The notes beneath the pieces were generated by a model, which worked only from the letters and a program-made list of their open reading frames with translations, ran no database searches and was not told the DNA's origin. The position numbers were made by a program, and so were the translations under genes. Positions 32,850-43,053 of a stretch of 64,000 bases of DNA are shown here, piece after piece. The stretch lies in the NCBI GenBank assembly GCA_963777505.1, contig CAVZQN010000004.1:896001-960000 (forward strand), written 5' to 3'. The DNA is from an uncultured bacterium (GTDB lineage: Bacteria; Acidobacteriota; HRBIN11; JAKEFK01). Within the stretch, counting starts at the first letter, position 1, and every line of letters starts with the position of its first letter.

Positions 32850-34875
32850 AGAAATTTTTCGTAAGGAAATTCTGGATACGCTGCGCGATCGCCGCACAAT
32901 CTTAATGATGATCGTCATTCCGGTCTTGTTGTATCCAGCTTTACTGATTCTGATCACAGAAATGACAGCAGCACAGCAAGCGAAGTTGGAGCAGCGAACT
33001 GTAAAGATTGCATTGAAGGGTGTTCCTGATAATTCACCTCTGATAGAACGTTTGCGAAAAACTGAACGTGTAACCCTGGTTGAATCTCGCGATCCTTTGA
33101 AAGATGTGCAGGAAGGAAACGTTCTTTTTGTGATCGATATGCCGCCTGGCTCTGAACAAAAAATTCTAGAGAACGGCACCGCAGAGATACGCTTGCGTTA
33201 CGATCGCTCGAATGATGATGCCACCATCAATGCCGATCGCATTCGCAAAGTTATTGAAGATTATGGAAAAGAAATTCTGGATCAAAGGTTACGCGCCAAA
33301 CAGTTAAACAAAGAATACGTCCAACCGGTTCAAATTGAAGAGGTAAATGTCGCATCGCAACAGAAGATGGGCGGCTTCATTATTGGAAGATTTCTTCCCA
33401 TGATGCTTGTGGTTATGGTTCTGATGGGTGCGCTTTATCCTGCGATCGATATGACTGCTGGAGAAAAAGAGCGAGGAACGCTGGAAACAATTTTAACGAG
33501 CCCTGCGACTCGAACCGAAATCATAGCCGGTAAATTCCTGACAGTCACTTTAATCGCTCTGGTTACAGGGTTATTAAACATTGGCAGCATGGCCGGAACT
33601 TTTATTTTCGGCGTCTTCAAACAAGTTTCGGAATCTCTGCAGTTCAACATACCGGTACATTACATTTTGATCATGATCCTTTGTTTGATTCCGCTTGCTG
33701 TATTTTTCAGCGGAATGATGATTGCTGTTTCATGTTTTGCGAGATCTTTTAAAGATGCTTCAAGCCTTTTAACTCCGGTGTACATTGTTGCATCAGTCCC
33801 TGCGTTCATTTCAACTGTGCCTGGCATTCAGCTTGAAGGATTTTGGCTTACGGTTCCAATTGCTAACGTAGTTCTTTTATATAAGGAACTAATGATTGGT
33901 GTTTTTCGAGTCGATCATATTATTGCAGTCTTCTTGTGCACTGCATTTTTTGCAGGGGCAGCTCTTTTTGCAGCGGTGAAGCTTTTTGGCAGAGAAGAAG
34001 TTCTTTTCGGCGAAGCTTCATCATTAGGTTTGAGTTTCCGCAGATCAAATTTCCCTGCGCGTGAAGTCCCAGAACCATCCGAATCCATGTTTTACGCGAT
34101 GCTTGCAATGATTTGCCTGATCTACATCGGTATCCCTTTGCAAGGTCAAAATCTTCCGCTAGGTCTTGCTGTGACCGAATTGGGTTTTTTCATGGCTTTG
34201 CCTTTAGGGCTTGCCTATTACTTAAAACTCAATTTGAAAACGACGTTTTCATTGAGAGCGCCAACGCCATCGTCTCTTATCGCGGCGCTTTTGTTTGCTC
34301 TGGCTGTTCTTCTTGCAGCGGGAACAATTCTTTATCTTCAAAATCAATTCTTGCCGATGCCTCAAAAAGCGCTTGAGGCATTGGAAAAAATGATGAAAGC
34401 GACAAAAGAGTATCCGCTTCCGTTGGTTCTTTTGTTTGTTGCGGTGATGCCTGCGATTTGTGAAGAACTTGCTTTTCGAGGGCTAATTTTTTCAGGATTG
34501 ATCTCGCGTTACAAACCATTTGCGGCAATGGCAGCGACAGCCGCTTTTTTTGCAGCATTCCATTTGAGTTTGTACCGTTTCTTGCCTACATTTCTGATCG
34601 GATTGGCTGCTTGTTATTTAGTGTGGCGTTCAAGATCCATTGTTGCAGGGATGATTTTGCACTTATTGAACAATGCCACGATTACAATCCTTAGCAACTA
34701 CCCTCAACTAGACACATTTGGTCTGTCGCAAATGAAACCGTCATTAGTGTTATTTGTAGCAGGAGCTGCGTGCGCGGCAGCAGCGGTATTCTTATTAAGA
34801 TATTTTAGTCCGATTGTTACAGCCGAGGGCCAGAGGAGCCGAGGAGCAGAGGGAATCAAGACAACTTTGAAATGA
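32830..34875 (+). CDS. NatB-like ABC permease fused to a CPBP (CAAX/Abi) intramembrane protease
   Basis: KEILDTLRDRRT, AGEKERGTLETIL, C-terminal EELAFRG, FAAFH and HLLNN. Confidence 0.88.
   Translation: MRLRKVKEIFRKEILDTLRDRRTILMMIVIPVLLYPALLILITEMTAAQQAKLEQRTVKIALKGVPDNSPLIERLRKTERVTLVESRDPLKDVQEGNVLFVIDMPPGSEQKILENGTAEIRLRYDRSNDDATINADRIRKVIEDYGKEILDQRLRAKQLNKEYVQPVQIEEVNVASQQKMGGFIIGRFLPMMLVVMVLMGALYPAIDMTAGEKERGTLETILTSPATRTEIIAGKFLTVTLIALVTGLLNIGSMAGTFIFGVFKQVSESLQFNIPVHYILIMILCLIPLAVFFSGMMIAVSCFARSFKDASSLLTPVYIVASVPAFISTVPGIQLEGFWLTVPIANVVLLYKELMIGVFRVDHIIAVFLCTAFFAGAALFAAVKLFGREEVLFGEASSLGLSFRRSNFPAREVPEPSESMFYAMLAMICLIYIGIPLQGQNLPLGLAVTELGFFMALPLGLAYYLKLNLKTTFSLRAPTPSSLIAALLFALAVLLAAGTILYLQNQFLPMPQKALEALEKMMKATKEYPLPLVLLFVAVMPAICEELAFRGLIFSGLISRYKPFAAMAATAAFFAAFHLSLYRFLPTFLIGLAACYLVWRSRSIVAGMILHLLNNATITILSNYPQLDTFGLSQMKPSLVLFVAGAACAAAAVFLLRYFSPIVTAEGQRSRGAEGIKTTLK
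34821..34854 (+). repeat. Purine-rich 8-mer tandem repeat (GAGGAGCA-like), family F
   Basis: gccgagggccagaggagccgaggagcagaggg. Near-identical run at 45311-45346 and a related run at 60097-60147. Confidence 0.6.
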
Positions 34876-35132
34876 ACTCTGTGTCCCGGTGGCCAAAAAG
34901 AAAAGCAGCGGAGACTGGCGAATTTGGATCCAGTTGATTGTAGCTAGGAATATTGAGCTGTTTGCTTTTAGGCTCGGTCTGTTGATTTACTTTTTTAGGG
35001 CCGGAAAAGAAGCACTCTCCACGTTGCAAAGAACTTAGCAAACAGGGTGCATCATTCGCGGGACATCCTGTGACAGATGAAAAGAGAGCTCCAATTAAAT
35101 AACTCATTTTCGATTCAGAAAATCCCCTTCTA

Positions 35133-35174
35133 TTGACATGCATTTTTTCGGGACTAACGTTGTAATCGTTTACA
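35133..35174 (+). promoter_or_regulatory. Sigma70 promoter with LacI-family operator
   Basis: TTGACA-16 bp-TAACGT immediately followed by the palindrome TGTAATCGTTTACA with central CG, typical of LacI operators. Confidence 0.7.
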
Positions 35175-35248
35175 GTAAGATTCACACCAACCGGGGGTAG
35201 GGCGGGAGGTGACGCCAGCATGCCCGGATGCGGCAGGAGAGGGCAACT

Positions 35249-35620
35249 GTGAACGTCACCATTAAACAAGTCGCAGAGGAAGCGAACCTTTCTGTAGCTG
35301 CAGTCTCTCGCGTTGTCAATGCGAAGAGTCAACTGAGTGATAAAGCCCGACGCCGCCTTTTAAAAGTCGCCAAACGGCTTCGCTATGTGCCCAACATAGC
35401 AGCCCGCAGCTTAACCACAAGCCACACAAACACAATCGGTGTGCTATTACCTGATTTGCAAGGTGAATTCTTTTCGGAAGTCTTGCGTGGAATGGAACTG
35501 ATTTCGCGCAAAGATGGTTACCATTTGTTGGTTTCCAGTATGTGGAGGGGCATCACCGATTTTGTCGATGTTTTACAGAACGTTTCGTTCAAAAACAGAA
35601 TAAATGATCCGTTGAACTAA
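35249..35620 (+). CDS. C-terminally truncated LacI-family regulator (HTH + hinge; possible pseudogene)
   Basis: VTIKQVAEEANLSVAAVSRVVN, YVPNIAARSL, TIGVLLPDL..EFFSE. Only ~123 aa, with no room for the ligand-binding core. Confidence 0.8.
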   Translation: MNVTIKQVAEEANLSVAAVSRVVNAKSQLSDKARRRLLKVAKRLRYVPNIAARSLTTSHTNTIGVLLPDLQGEFFSEVLRGMELISRKDGYHLLVSSMWRGITDFVDVLQNVSFKNRINDPLN

Positions 35621-35629
35621 GGAGTCAAT

Positions 35630-38446
35630 ATGACAAATCAGGTGAAGACAATCAGGGTTGTGCGGTGGCCTGCACTCATCGTACTTTCACTACTTTTTTT
35701 CAGCCAGGCCAGTGCACAAATATCGACTTCAGCAATCCGGGGAACTGTAAGCGATGAAAAAGGTCCACTCCCAGGAGTTCAGGTTGCAGCAGTTGATAGT
35801 CAGACTGGATTTAATTACTCAGCTTATACAGACGAAGTGGGTCGTTTTAACCTTCCTGGATTAAAGCCTGGCACGTATGAAATTACAGTTTCTATGGAAG
35901 GCTTTGTGCCACAAACGCATACGGCCACCATTTTGGTAGGTCAATCCGTAACGCTGGATTTTCATGTTACGACAGACCGGTTGGTTGCGGAAAATGTAAC
36001 GGTCGTTGGTGATACTTTTGTGGAAACAAAAAATACAGATGTTTCAACGAACATTACCAGTCAGCAAATTGAAACGCTTCCACAAAGCAATCGAAATTTC
36101 TTAAATTTTGCGGCTCTCGCACCTGGCGTTCGCATTAACAATGATGAATTTCGCAAAGAAGTTCAAAGCGGTGGGCTTGGTTCGAATGCAACGAATGTCT
36201 TTATTGATGGCGTAAGCTACAAGAACGATATTTTGGAAGGCGGCGTCATCGGACAAGATGCGAGTCGTGGTAATCCATTTCCCCAAAATGCTGTTCAAGA
36301 ATTCCGCGTAGTCACTCAAAATTTCAAAGCTGAATATGAAAAAGCTGCAAGCTCCATCGTGACTGCGGTAACAAAATCAGGTGGAAATGCCTGGGCAGGC
36401 AATGCATTTCTGTTATATCAGGCAGATGCTCTGGTTGAACAAGATGATCTATCCAAAGATAGAGGCGATCCAAGACCTGAACTTACGCGATACCAGGCAG
36501 GCATAAGCCTTGGTGGACCATTGATCAAAAATAAACTTCACATGTTTGCGTCGTTTGAAGAAAATTATCAGGATCGCGAATCCACCGTTTTCCTTGGCGC
36601 ACCCCCACCGCCAGAATGGAATTTCCTTGTTCCGTTTGAAGGCACATTTGTAAGCCCATTTCGCGAACATCTTATTTTTGGAAAAATCTCTTATCAGCCC
36701 GCGGACGATCAAACATTGGATTTCACAATCAATACGCGCCGTGAAAGCGATGAACGCGGTTTCGGCGGACAAACCAGTTTTGAATCAGCTGAAGAAGTTG
36801 CGATCAACAACACGACGTTTCTTGCAAAACATCAATTGCTTCGTACGTATTGGTTCAATGAAGCAAGCTTTATCGTTCAGAGTTCACAATGGAATCCAAG
36901 GCCTCTGAATGAAGGCGAGGTCGGACTCGAATATCAAGGCTTCATGCGGATCGGTGGACGCGATACATCGCAGGATTTTATTCAAGATACAATTTCGATT
37001 CGCGATGACTTTTCATTTACACGATCATGGAAAGGGCAACATGGATTTAAAACCGGCGTGATTGTTGCCTTTAAAGATTACGAAGTAACTAAACTGCAAT
37101 TTGGAAATCCGGTCTTCCGCTTTCTCTCAAATATCAGTCTTGATTTTCCGGCCGAAGCAAACTTTGGCGCGGGGAATCCGGATCTCAGTGACTCCAATAC
37201 TCAATTTGGAATCTACTTTCAGGATGACTGGAATCCGACTCCACAACTTTCAATCAATGCTGGAATCCGTTGGGATTATGAAACGAACATGCTGAATAAT
37301 GATTACGTTACACCGGCGGATGTTCGTGCTGCTTTAACTGGATTGGTTGACGAACGGTATTTCACCGATGGAGATGACCGGCCGAAATTTACAAATGCGT
37401 TTCAGCCGCGATTCGGAATTTCTTATGATTTATCTGGTGATGCTACAACTGTTGCATTTGGCGGAATAGGCCGATACTACGATCGTGTTGTTTACAATCA
37501 AACACTCGATGAACGTTTCCGTTTGCAATACGGTGTACGGTTATTCCGTTTTTCTGCAGATGGCCAACCACGTGATGGTTTTCCAACAATTCAATGGGAT
37601 GACAGTTTTCTGAGTATCGATGGTTTGAATAACTTAATTGCCCAAGGTATTGCACCAAATCCAGAAGTGTTCTTAACCGCTAACGATACTGAACCACCGC
37701 ACACAGATCAATGGAATGCTGGTGTCAGGCATTCGTTTGGCGATGTGCTTGTCTCAGCAACGTATGCGGGAATCCGTGGAAGTAACATCCTGACATTCAT
37801 TTTTGGGAATCGGCGCGCGGATGGAACATGTTGTGAACCTGTGCCAGGCAATTTCAGCAACGTTCTTCTTTCGAGTAACAGAAAAACCTGGTACGATGCG
37901 CTGTACTTGACGCTTGAAAAGCCTTTCACAAGCGAATCCCGTTGGGCCGCAACAGTCACTTATACGCTTTCAAAAGCGGAAAAGATCGGCGGCGATTTAT
38001 TCAGCCTTGATGCCGTTAGCGTTGAAGCGTATCCGCGCCATCCTCAGCCAAACCTCGATGAACGGCATCGAATTGTACTGAGCGGGATCTATCAATTCCC
38101 TTATGAAATTACAGTCAGCGGGTTATTTACATATGGATCAGGTCTGGCCTACACAATTACTGATGCATCGCGCGGGTTTGGTCCAAACGAATTGGTATTT
38201 CGGTTCGGAGAAGGTGAAGGAGATCCGTATTCAAGTCTTGATCTTCGATTCCAAAAAGATTTTATGATCGGCGGATCACACAGAGTTGGCGGAATTATCG
38301 AAGTGTTTAATTTACTCGGACACGATAATTTTGCCGATTTCAACAGTTTCATACCACCGTTACCTGAAACAAATCCGAATCTTGGTGATCCCGGACGTCA
38401 ATTTGAAACACGCCGGTTCCAATTTGGGGTGAACTACATTTTCTAA
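35630..38446 (+). CDS. TonB-dependent receptor (Oar-like, N-terminal carboxypeptidase-regulatory domain)
   Basis: Signal peptide, IRGTVSDE..LPG, RNFLNFAALAPG, VQEFRV, AVTKSG, YFQDDW, terminal aromatic YIF. Confidence 0.9.
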   Translation: MTNQVKTIRVVRWPALIVLSLLFFSQASAQISTSAIRGTVSDEKGPLPGVQVAAVDSQTGFNYSAYTDEVGRFNLPGLKPGTYEITVSMEGFVPQTHTATILVGQSVTLDFHVTTDRLVAENVTVVGDTFVETKNTDVSTNITSQQIETLPQSNRNFLNFAALAPGVRINNDEFRKEVQSGGLGSNATNVFIDGVSYKNDILEGGVIGQDASRGNPFPQNAVQEFRVVTQNFKAEYEKAASSIVTAVTKSGGNAWAGNAFLLYQADALVEQDDLSKDRGDPRPELTRYQAGISLGGPLIKNKLHMFASFEENYQDRESTVFLGAPPPPEWNFLVPFEGTFVSPFREHLIFGKISYQPADDQTLDFTINTRRESDERGFGGQTSFESAEEVAINNTTFLAKHQLLRTYWFNEASFIVQSSQWNPRPLNEGEVGLEYQGFMRIGGRDTSQDFIQDTISIRDDFSFTRSWKGQHGFKTGVIVAFKDYEVTKLQFGNPVFRFLSNISLDFPAEANFGAGNPDLSDSNTQFGIYFQDDWNPTPQLSINAGIRWDYETNMLNNDYVTPADVRAALTGLVDERYFTDGDDRPKFTNAFQPRFGISYDLSGDATTVAFGGIGRYYDRVVYNQTLDERFRLQYGVRLFRFSADGQPRDGFPTIQWDDSFLSIDGLNNLIAQGIAPNPEVFLTANDTEPPHTDQWNAGVRHSFGDVLVSATYAGIRGSNILTFIFGNRRADGTCCEPVPGNFSNVLLSSNRKTWYDALYLTLEKPFTSESRWAATVTYTLSKAEKIGGDLFSLDAVSVEAYPRHPQPNLDERHRIVLSGIYQFPYEITVSGLFTYGSGLAYTITDASRGFGPNELVFRFGEGEGDPYSSLDLRFQKDFMIGGSHRVGGIIEVFNLLGHDNFADFNSFIPPLPETNPNLGDPGRQFETRRFQFGVNYIF

Positions 38447-38457
38447 CCTATTCTTTG

Positions 38458-38489
38458 CTGGAGCTTCCTGTTGCCGCAGGAAGCTCCAG
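38458..38489 (+). other. Perfect 13-bp intergenic stem-loop (mRNA stabiliser or partial terminator)
   Basis: CTGGAGCTTCCTG-TTGCCG-CAGGAAGCTCCAG after the receptor gene, with no long U-tract. Confidence 0.6.
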
Positions 38490-38548
38490 TTCCACCTTTC
38501 TAATTTCGGAATGCGCAGTTTGCACAGTGCGACGGAGGTGTAAAGCTG

Positions 38549-39979
38549 ATGAAAATACGTAAGATTTTTTCACTGCTTGTTCTGTTCGTAGTTTTCTCCT
38601 GGCAAACCGTCGCGCTTGTTGGTTATCAAGCACTTCCGCAATCCGATGCAGATCCGTTTTTGGATGATGTTCAGCATAGAACGTTCCAATATTTTTGGGA
38701 TTTGGCGAATCCAAAAAACGGATTAGTGCCTGATCGCTATCCCACACCTTCTTTTTCCAGCATCGCAGCCGTTGGTTTTGCACTCACCGCTTATCCTGTG
38801 GGAGTCGAGCGCGGTTATATCACCCGAAAGCAAGCGCAAGAACGTGTTCTAAAAACGCTCGAATTTTTTGTGAAAGCTCCTTCCGGTAAAGATGCAAAAA
38901 ATATTTCAGGTTATCAGGGCTTCTTTTATCACTTCCTTGATATGGAAACCGGACATCGTTTCAAAGATGTTGAACTTTCCACAATCGATACAACTTTACT
39001 ATTAGCCGGCGCACTTTTTTGCCAATCCTATTTCGATCAACAAAGTCCCTCTGAAAAGTTGATCAGAGAACATGCTGAAACTCTTTATCGCCGAGCGAAT
39101 TGGAAATGGTTTCAAACTCGCAAACCTTTAATCTCAATGGGATGGTGGCCGGAAGGTGGTTTTATTGATGCTGACTGGCGTGGCTATAACGAAGCAATGA
39201 TCCTGCTTGTTTTAGCTTTAGCCTCACCTACGCATCCGGTTGAACCGGACGCATGGAAGAAATGGACAAGCTCTTATAAATGGAATGAATTTTACGGACA
39301 ACAATACGTTGGATTTGCTCCTTTATTTGGTCATCACTATTCACATGTGTGGATCGATTTTAAAGGAATTCAAGATTCTTACATGCGCGATCGCAAAATT
39401 GATTACTTCGAAAATACCCGCCGCGCTACATATGCTCAAAGAGAATATGCGATCAAAAATCCAATGGGATGGAAAGACTATGGCGAAAACATCTGGGGAT
39501 TAAGCGCCTGTGATGGACCATTGGATATCACGCTGCCGGTAAATGGAAAACCACGACAATTTTTTACATACTCTGCGCGCGGTACCAGTCACGATGAAGT
39601 CCGTGACGATGGCACAATCACACCATCTGCTGCAGCGGGCTCAATGCCATTTACGCCTGAAATTGTAATTCCTGCTTTGATGGAAATGCGCAAACGCTAC
39701 GGAGATGATCTGTTTACGAAATACGGCTTTCTTGATTCTTTCAATCCTACTTTTACATTTGATGTAAAAGTTCAGCATGGACGCGTCTTTCCAGGGAAAG
39801 GTTGGATCGATGGCGATTATATCGGGATCGATCAAGGTGTGTTATTTGCCATGATTGAAAATTATCGCAGCGGTCTCATCTGGGAAGTGATGAAAAAGAA
39901 TCCTCACATTGTGCGAGGTTTGCACCGCGCAGGATTTACTGGGGGATGGCTGGAAGGAAAGATGAAAGATGAAAAATAA
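38549..39979 (+). CDS. Glucoamylase-like/DUF3131 protein, probable GH144 endo-beta-1,2-glucanase
   Basis: TFQYFW, GLVPDR, SIAAVGF, GFFYHF, ELSTIDT, YNEAM, PLFGHHYSH, WGLSA, DDGTI, GIDQG. Confidence 0.8.
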   Translation: MKIRKIFSLLVLFVVFSWQTVALVGYQALPQSDADPFLDDVQHRTFQYFWDLANPKNGLVPDRYPTPSFSSIAAVGFALTAYPVGVERGYITRKQAQERVLKTLEFFVKAPSGKDAKNISGYQGFFYHFLDMETGHRFKDVELSTIDTTLLLAGALFCQSYFDQQSPSEKLIREHAETLYRRANWKWFQTRKPLISMGWWPEGGFIDADWRGYNEAMILLVLALASPTHPVEPDAWKKWTSSYKWNEFYGQQYVGFAPLFGHHYSHVWIDFKGIQDSYMRDRKIDYFENTRRATYAQREYAIKNPMGWKDYGENIWGLSACDGPLDITLPVNGKPRQFFTYSARGTSHDEVRDDGTITPSAAAGSMPFTPEIVIPALMEMRKRYGDDLFTKYGFLDSFNPTFTFDVKVQHGRVFPGKGWIDGDYIGIDQGVLFAMIENYRSGLIWEVMKKNPHIVRGLHRAGFTGGWLEGKMKDEK

Positions 39980-39989
39980 AAAATAAAAA

Positions 39990-42900
39990 ATGAAACGTTT
40001 AACGACGTCAGTGATGGCTTTGCTTCTTGCTTTGAGCTTGTATGCTTCAAAGGAACAAGTCCTGGACAATTTTGAAGAGATTTCATCCTGGGAGCCTGCA
40101 CCTGCCGAGGGCGTAAAGCTGGAACTTAATGAAGGTGAAGGATATTCAGGCAAAGCGTTAAAAATAGATTTCGATTATCAAGGAAATTCAGGCTGGGCTG
40201 CATTCCGGAAGAAATTTTCACTCAAGCTTCCTGAAAATTACGAATTCTCATTTTGGGTCCGCGCTGAGGCTCCTGTCACACATTTCGAATTTAAGTTGAT
40301 CGATTCAACCGGACAGAATGTATGGTGGGTTAACAAAAGAAATTTTGAGTACCCAAAAGATTGGAAGAAAGTAACGATTAAAAAACGACAGATTAGTTTT
40401 GCATGGGGACCTTCCGGTGGCGGAGAGATCCGTGAAATCTCCACGATTGAATTTGCCATCACTTCAGCTGCTGGAGGCAAAGGCACTGTATGGCTCGATG
40501 AATTAAGCTTCCGCGAGTTGCCGCCAGTGAAACCATATTCAAACGTTCCTGCCACTAGCGCTAGTTCTGATGTTGCGGGATTTCCAGCGAAAAATGCAAT
40601 GGATGGAAATCGTGAAACACTATGGAAAAGCGGATCCGGTTTGCAGCAATTTTATGAAATTGATTTTCATCAGGTGCGCGAACTCGGCGGAATGATCATT
40701 GATTGGGATGAACAGAATTTTGCACGAAAGTACGAAATTCAACTGAGCGAAGATAAATCAAATTGGACAACGCTCAGTACAATTCAAGATAGTAATGGAG
40801 GCCACGATTATTTATACCTTCCTGAAACTGAAACAAGATACTTGCGAATCCGATTGGTGGAAGGAAATTCACCAAAAGGATTTGGAATTCGTGAAATTGA
40901 GATTAAACCACTTGAGTTTGCATCAAGTCCGAATGCTTTTTTTTCTTCCATCGCGAAAGATGCACAGCGCGGATTTTATCCAAGAGGATTTTCAGGAGAG
41001 CTTGCCTATTGGACAGTAGTAGGTGTTGATCGTGCTCCGGATGAAGCGTTGTTGAACGAAGATGGCGCGTTTGAACCATCGATCGCGTCTTATTCGATCG
41101 AACCATTTGTATTTGTAAATAACAAACTGATTACCTGGAGTGATGTTAAGACCGAACAATCCTTGCTTGAAGAATATCTTCCGATTCCATCCGTTCGATG
41201 GATTCATGAAGGGTTCTTTTTGGACATTACTGCATCGGCTTCAAATGCGCAGACAGAAGTTCAATACCGTTTAACAAACAGGAAGAATAATGCGTCAACC
41301 ATGAAGCTTTTTTTAACGGTTCGTCCTTTTCAAGTCAACCCGCCCTCGCAATTTCTAAATACGCCAGGCGGTACCGTGCCGATTCATAATTTAAAGTGGG
41401 ATCAAAACAAGTTAGCGATTAATGAAAAACATTTTGTTTTTACAACGAGTCCGCCATCTGGCTTTGGCGCCTCATCGTTTCACTCAGGCGATATCAGCGA
41501 ATTCTTAAATGCTGGCAAATTACCGGCATCAAAAGATGTTTTGGATTCATTTGGATATGCTTCAGGCGCGTTTGAGTACGAATTTGCGTTAGAACCTGGC
41601 GCCAAGAAGGACATCACAATTTCAACTAGCCAATTTTTTTCAGAAACGAATCACGAGGACTTCAAAAATGTACTGAATCGCGTTCAAATTCGCTTGCCTG
41701 AAGAAGCTAAATCGTTTGTAAATACTTTGAAATCCAACCATGCATACATTTTGATCAATCGTGATGGTCCTGCCATTCAGCCTGGATCGCGGGCTTACGC
41801 TCGTTCCTGGATCCGCGATGGTTCCTTAACCTCAACTGCGTTGCTTCGATTGGGGAATGCGAAGGCTGCAAAAGAATTCATAGAATGGTACTCGAAGTTC
41901 CAATATCCAAACGGAAAAGTACCATGTTGCGTTGATGCACGCGGCGCGGATCCTGTCCCTGAACATGATAGTCACGGTGAATTCATCTATATCATTGCGG
42001 AATATTATCGTTATACAAAAGATCGTGAATTTCTGACGAAGCTCTGGCCTAATGTTGCGAAAGCGGTGCAGTACATTGATTCGTTGCGCAGAGAGCGGCG
42101 AACTCCCGAATTCCAAAAACCAGAAAAGCGGATGTTCTATGGATTGTTGCCTGAATCCATCAGTCATGAAGGTTACTCAGCAAAGCCTGTCCATTCCTAT
42201 TGGGATGATTTCTTTGCGTTGCGTGGGTTGAAAGATGCTGTAGAAATCGCTACAGCACTTGGAAAAGAAAAAGAGCAAAAAGAATTCAGTTTGATTCGTG
42301 ATGAATTTAAAGCAGATTTATACACATCACTTCAGCAAACAATTGCTCATCATAAAATTGATTACATTCCAGGTTCGGCCGATCTCGGTGATTTTGATCC
42401 AACAAGCACAACGATAGCGATCGCTCCAGGCGATGAACTCGAAAATTTACCGCAAAAGGAATTGCATCAAACATTCGAACGATATTATCAAGAATCGATG
42501 CAACGAGTGGCTGGATCAAAATGGGAAGGATATACACCTTATGAACTTCGGAATGTCGGAATTTTTATACGTTTAGGATGGAAGGAAAGAGCACACGAAC
42601 TGTTGCAATTTTTTATGCAACATCGCAGGCCTGCGGGATGGAATCATTGGGCTGAAGTTGTATTTCGCGACCCACGTGCAGCAAAATTTATCGGTGATAT
42701 GCCTCACACCTGGGTTGGCTCTGACTTCATTCGATCTTTTCTAGATTTTTTTACTTACGAACGCGGACACGATCAATCTTTGGTTCTTGGCGCCGGAGTT
42801 TTGGCTGAATGGGCTCAAAGTCCCGATGGTGTCTCAATTCAGAATCTTCAAACGGAGTATGGCCCGCTTACATATTCTCTGACTGCAACCTCGAATGAAG

Positions 42901-43031
42901 CACGATACAAAATCTCTGAAGGAATTCAAATTCCACCGGGTGGCATTATTTTGACCTCACCTCTCGGGGGGAAGGAAGTTGTAATCAAGGAAGTGCCTGC
43001 GGAAGTAGTATTACAGAATCATAGCAATTGA
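39990..43031 (+). CDS. Secreted protein with carbohydrate-binding and F5/8 (discoidin) domains plus a C-terminal six-hairpin glycosidase-like domain
   Basis: ASASS..AKNAMDGNRETLW discoidin motif, QPGSRAYARSWIRDG, EHDSHGE, SISHEGY, HSYWDDF, GDMPH. Confidence 0.75.
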   Translation: MKRLTTSVMALLLALSLYASKEQVLDNFEEISSWEPAPAEGVKLELNEGEGYSGKALKIDFDYQGNSGWAAFRKKFSLKLPENYEFSFWVRAEAPVTHFEFKLIDSTGQNVWWVNKRNFEYPKDWKKVTIKKRQISFAWGPSGGGEIREISTIEFAITSAAGGKGTVWLDELSFRELPPVKPYSNVPATSASSDVAGFPAKNAMDGNRETLWKSGSGLQQFYEIDFHQVRELGGMIIDWDEQNFARKYEIQLSEDKSNWTTLSTIQDSNGGHDYLYLPETETRYLRIRLVEGNSPKGFGIREIEIKPLEFASSPNAFFSSIAKDAQRGFYPRGFSGELAYWTVVGVDRAPDEALLNEDGAFEPSIASYSIEPFVFVNNKLITWSDVKTEQSLLEEYLPIPSVRWIHEGFFLDITASASNAQTEVQYRLTNRKNNASTMKLFLTVRPFQVNPPSQFLNTPGGTVPIHNLKWDQNKLAINEKHFVFTTSPPSGFGASSFHSGDISEFLNAGKLPASKDVLDSFGYASGAFEYEFALEPGAKKDITISTSQFFSETNHEDFKNVLNRVQIRLPEEAKSFVNTLKSNHAYILINRDGPAIQPGSRAYARSWIRDGSLTSTALLRLGNAKAAKEFIEWYSKFQYPNGKVPCCVDARGADPVPEHDSHGEFIYIIAEYYRYTKDREFLTKLWPNVAKAVQYIDSLRRERRTPEFQKPEKRMFYGLLPESISHEGYSAKPVHSYWDDFFALRGLKDAVEIATALGKEKEQKEFSLIRDEFKADLYTSLQQTIAHHKIDYIPGSADLGDFDPTSTTIAIAPGDELENLPQKELHQTFERYYQESMQRVAGSKWEGYTPYELRNVGIFIRLGWKERAHELLQFFMQHRRPAGWNHWAEVVFRDPRAAKFIGDMPHTWVGSDFIRSFLDFFTYERGHDQSLVLGAGVLAEWAQSPDGVSIQNLQTEYGPLTYSLTATSNEARYKISEGIQIPPGGIILTSPLGGKEVVIKEVPAEVVLQNHSN

Positions 43032-43053
43032 CAGCTGGAGGTTCAGCCAGATT

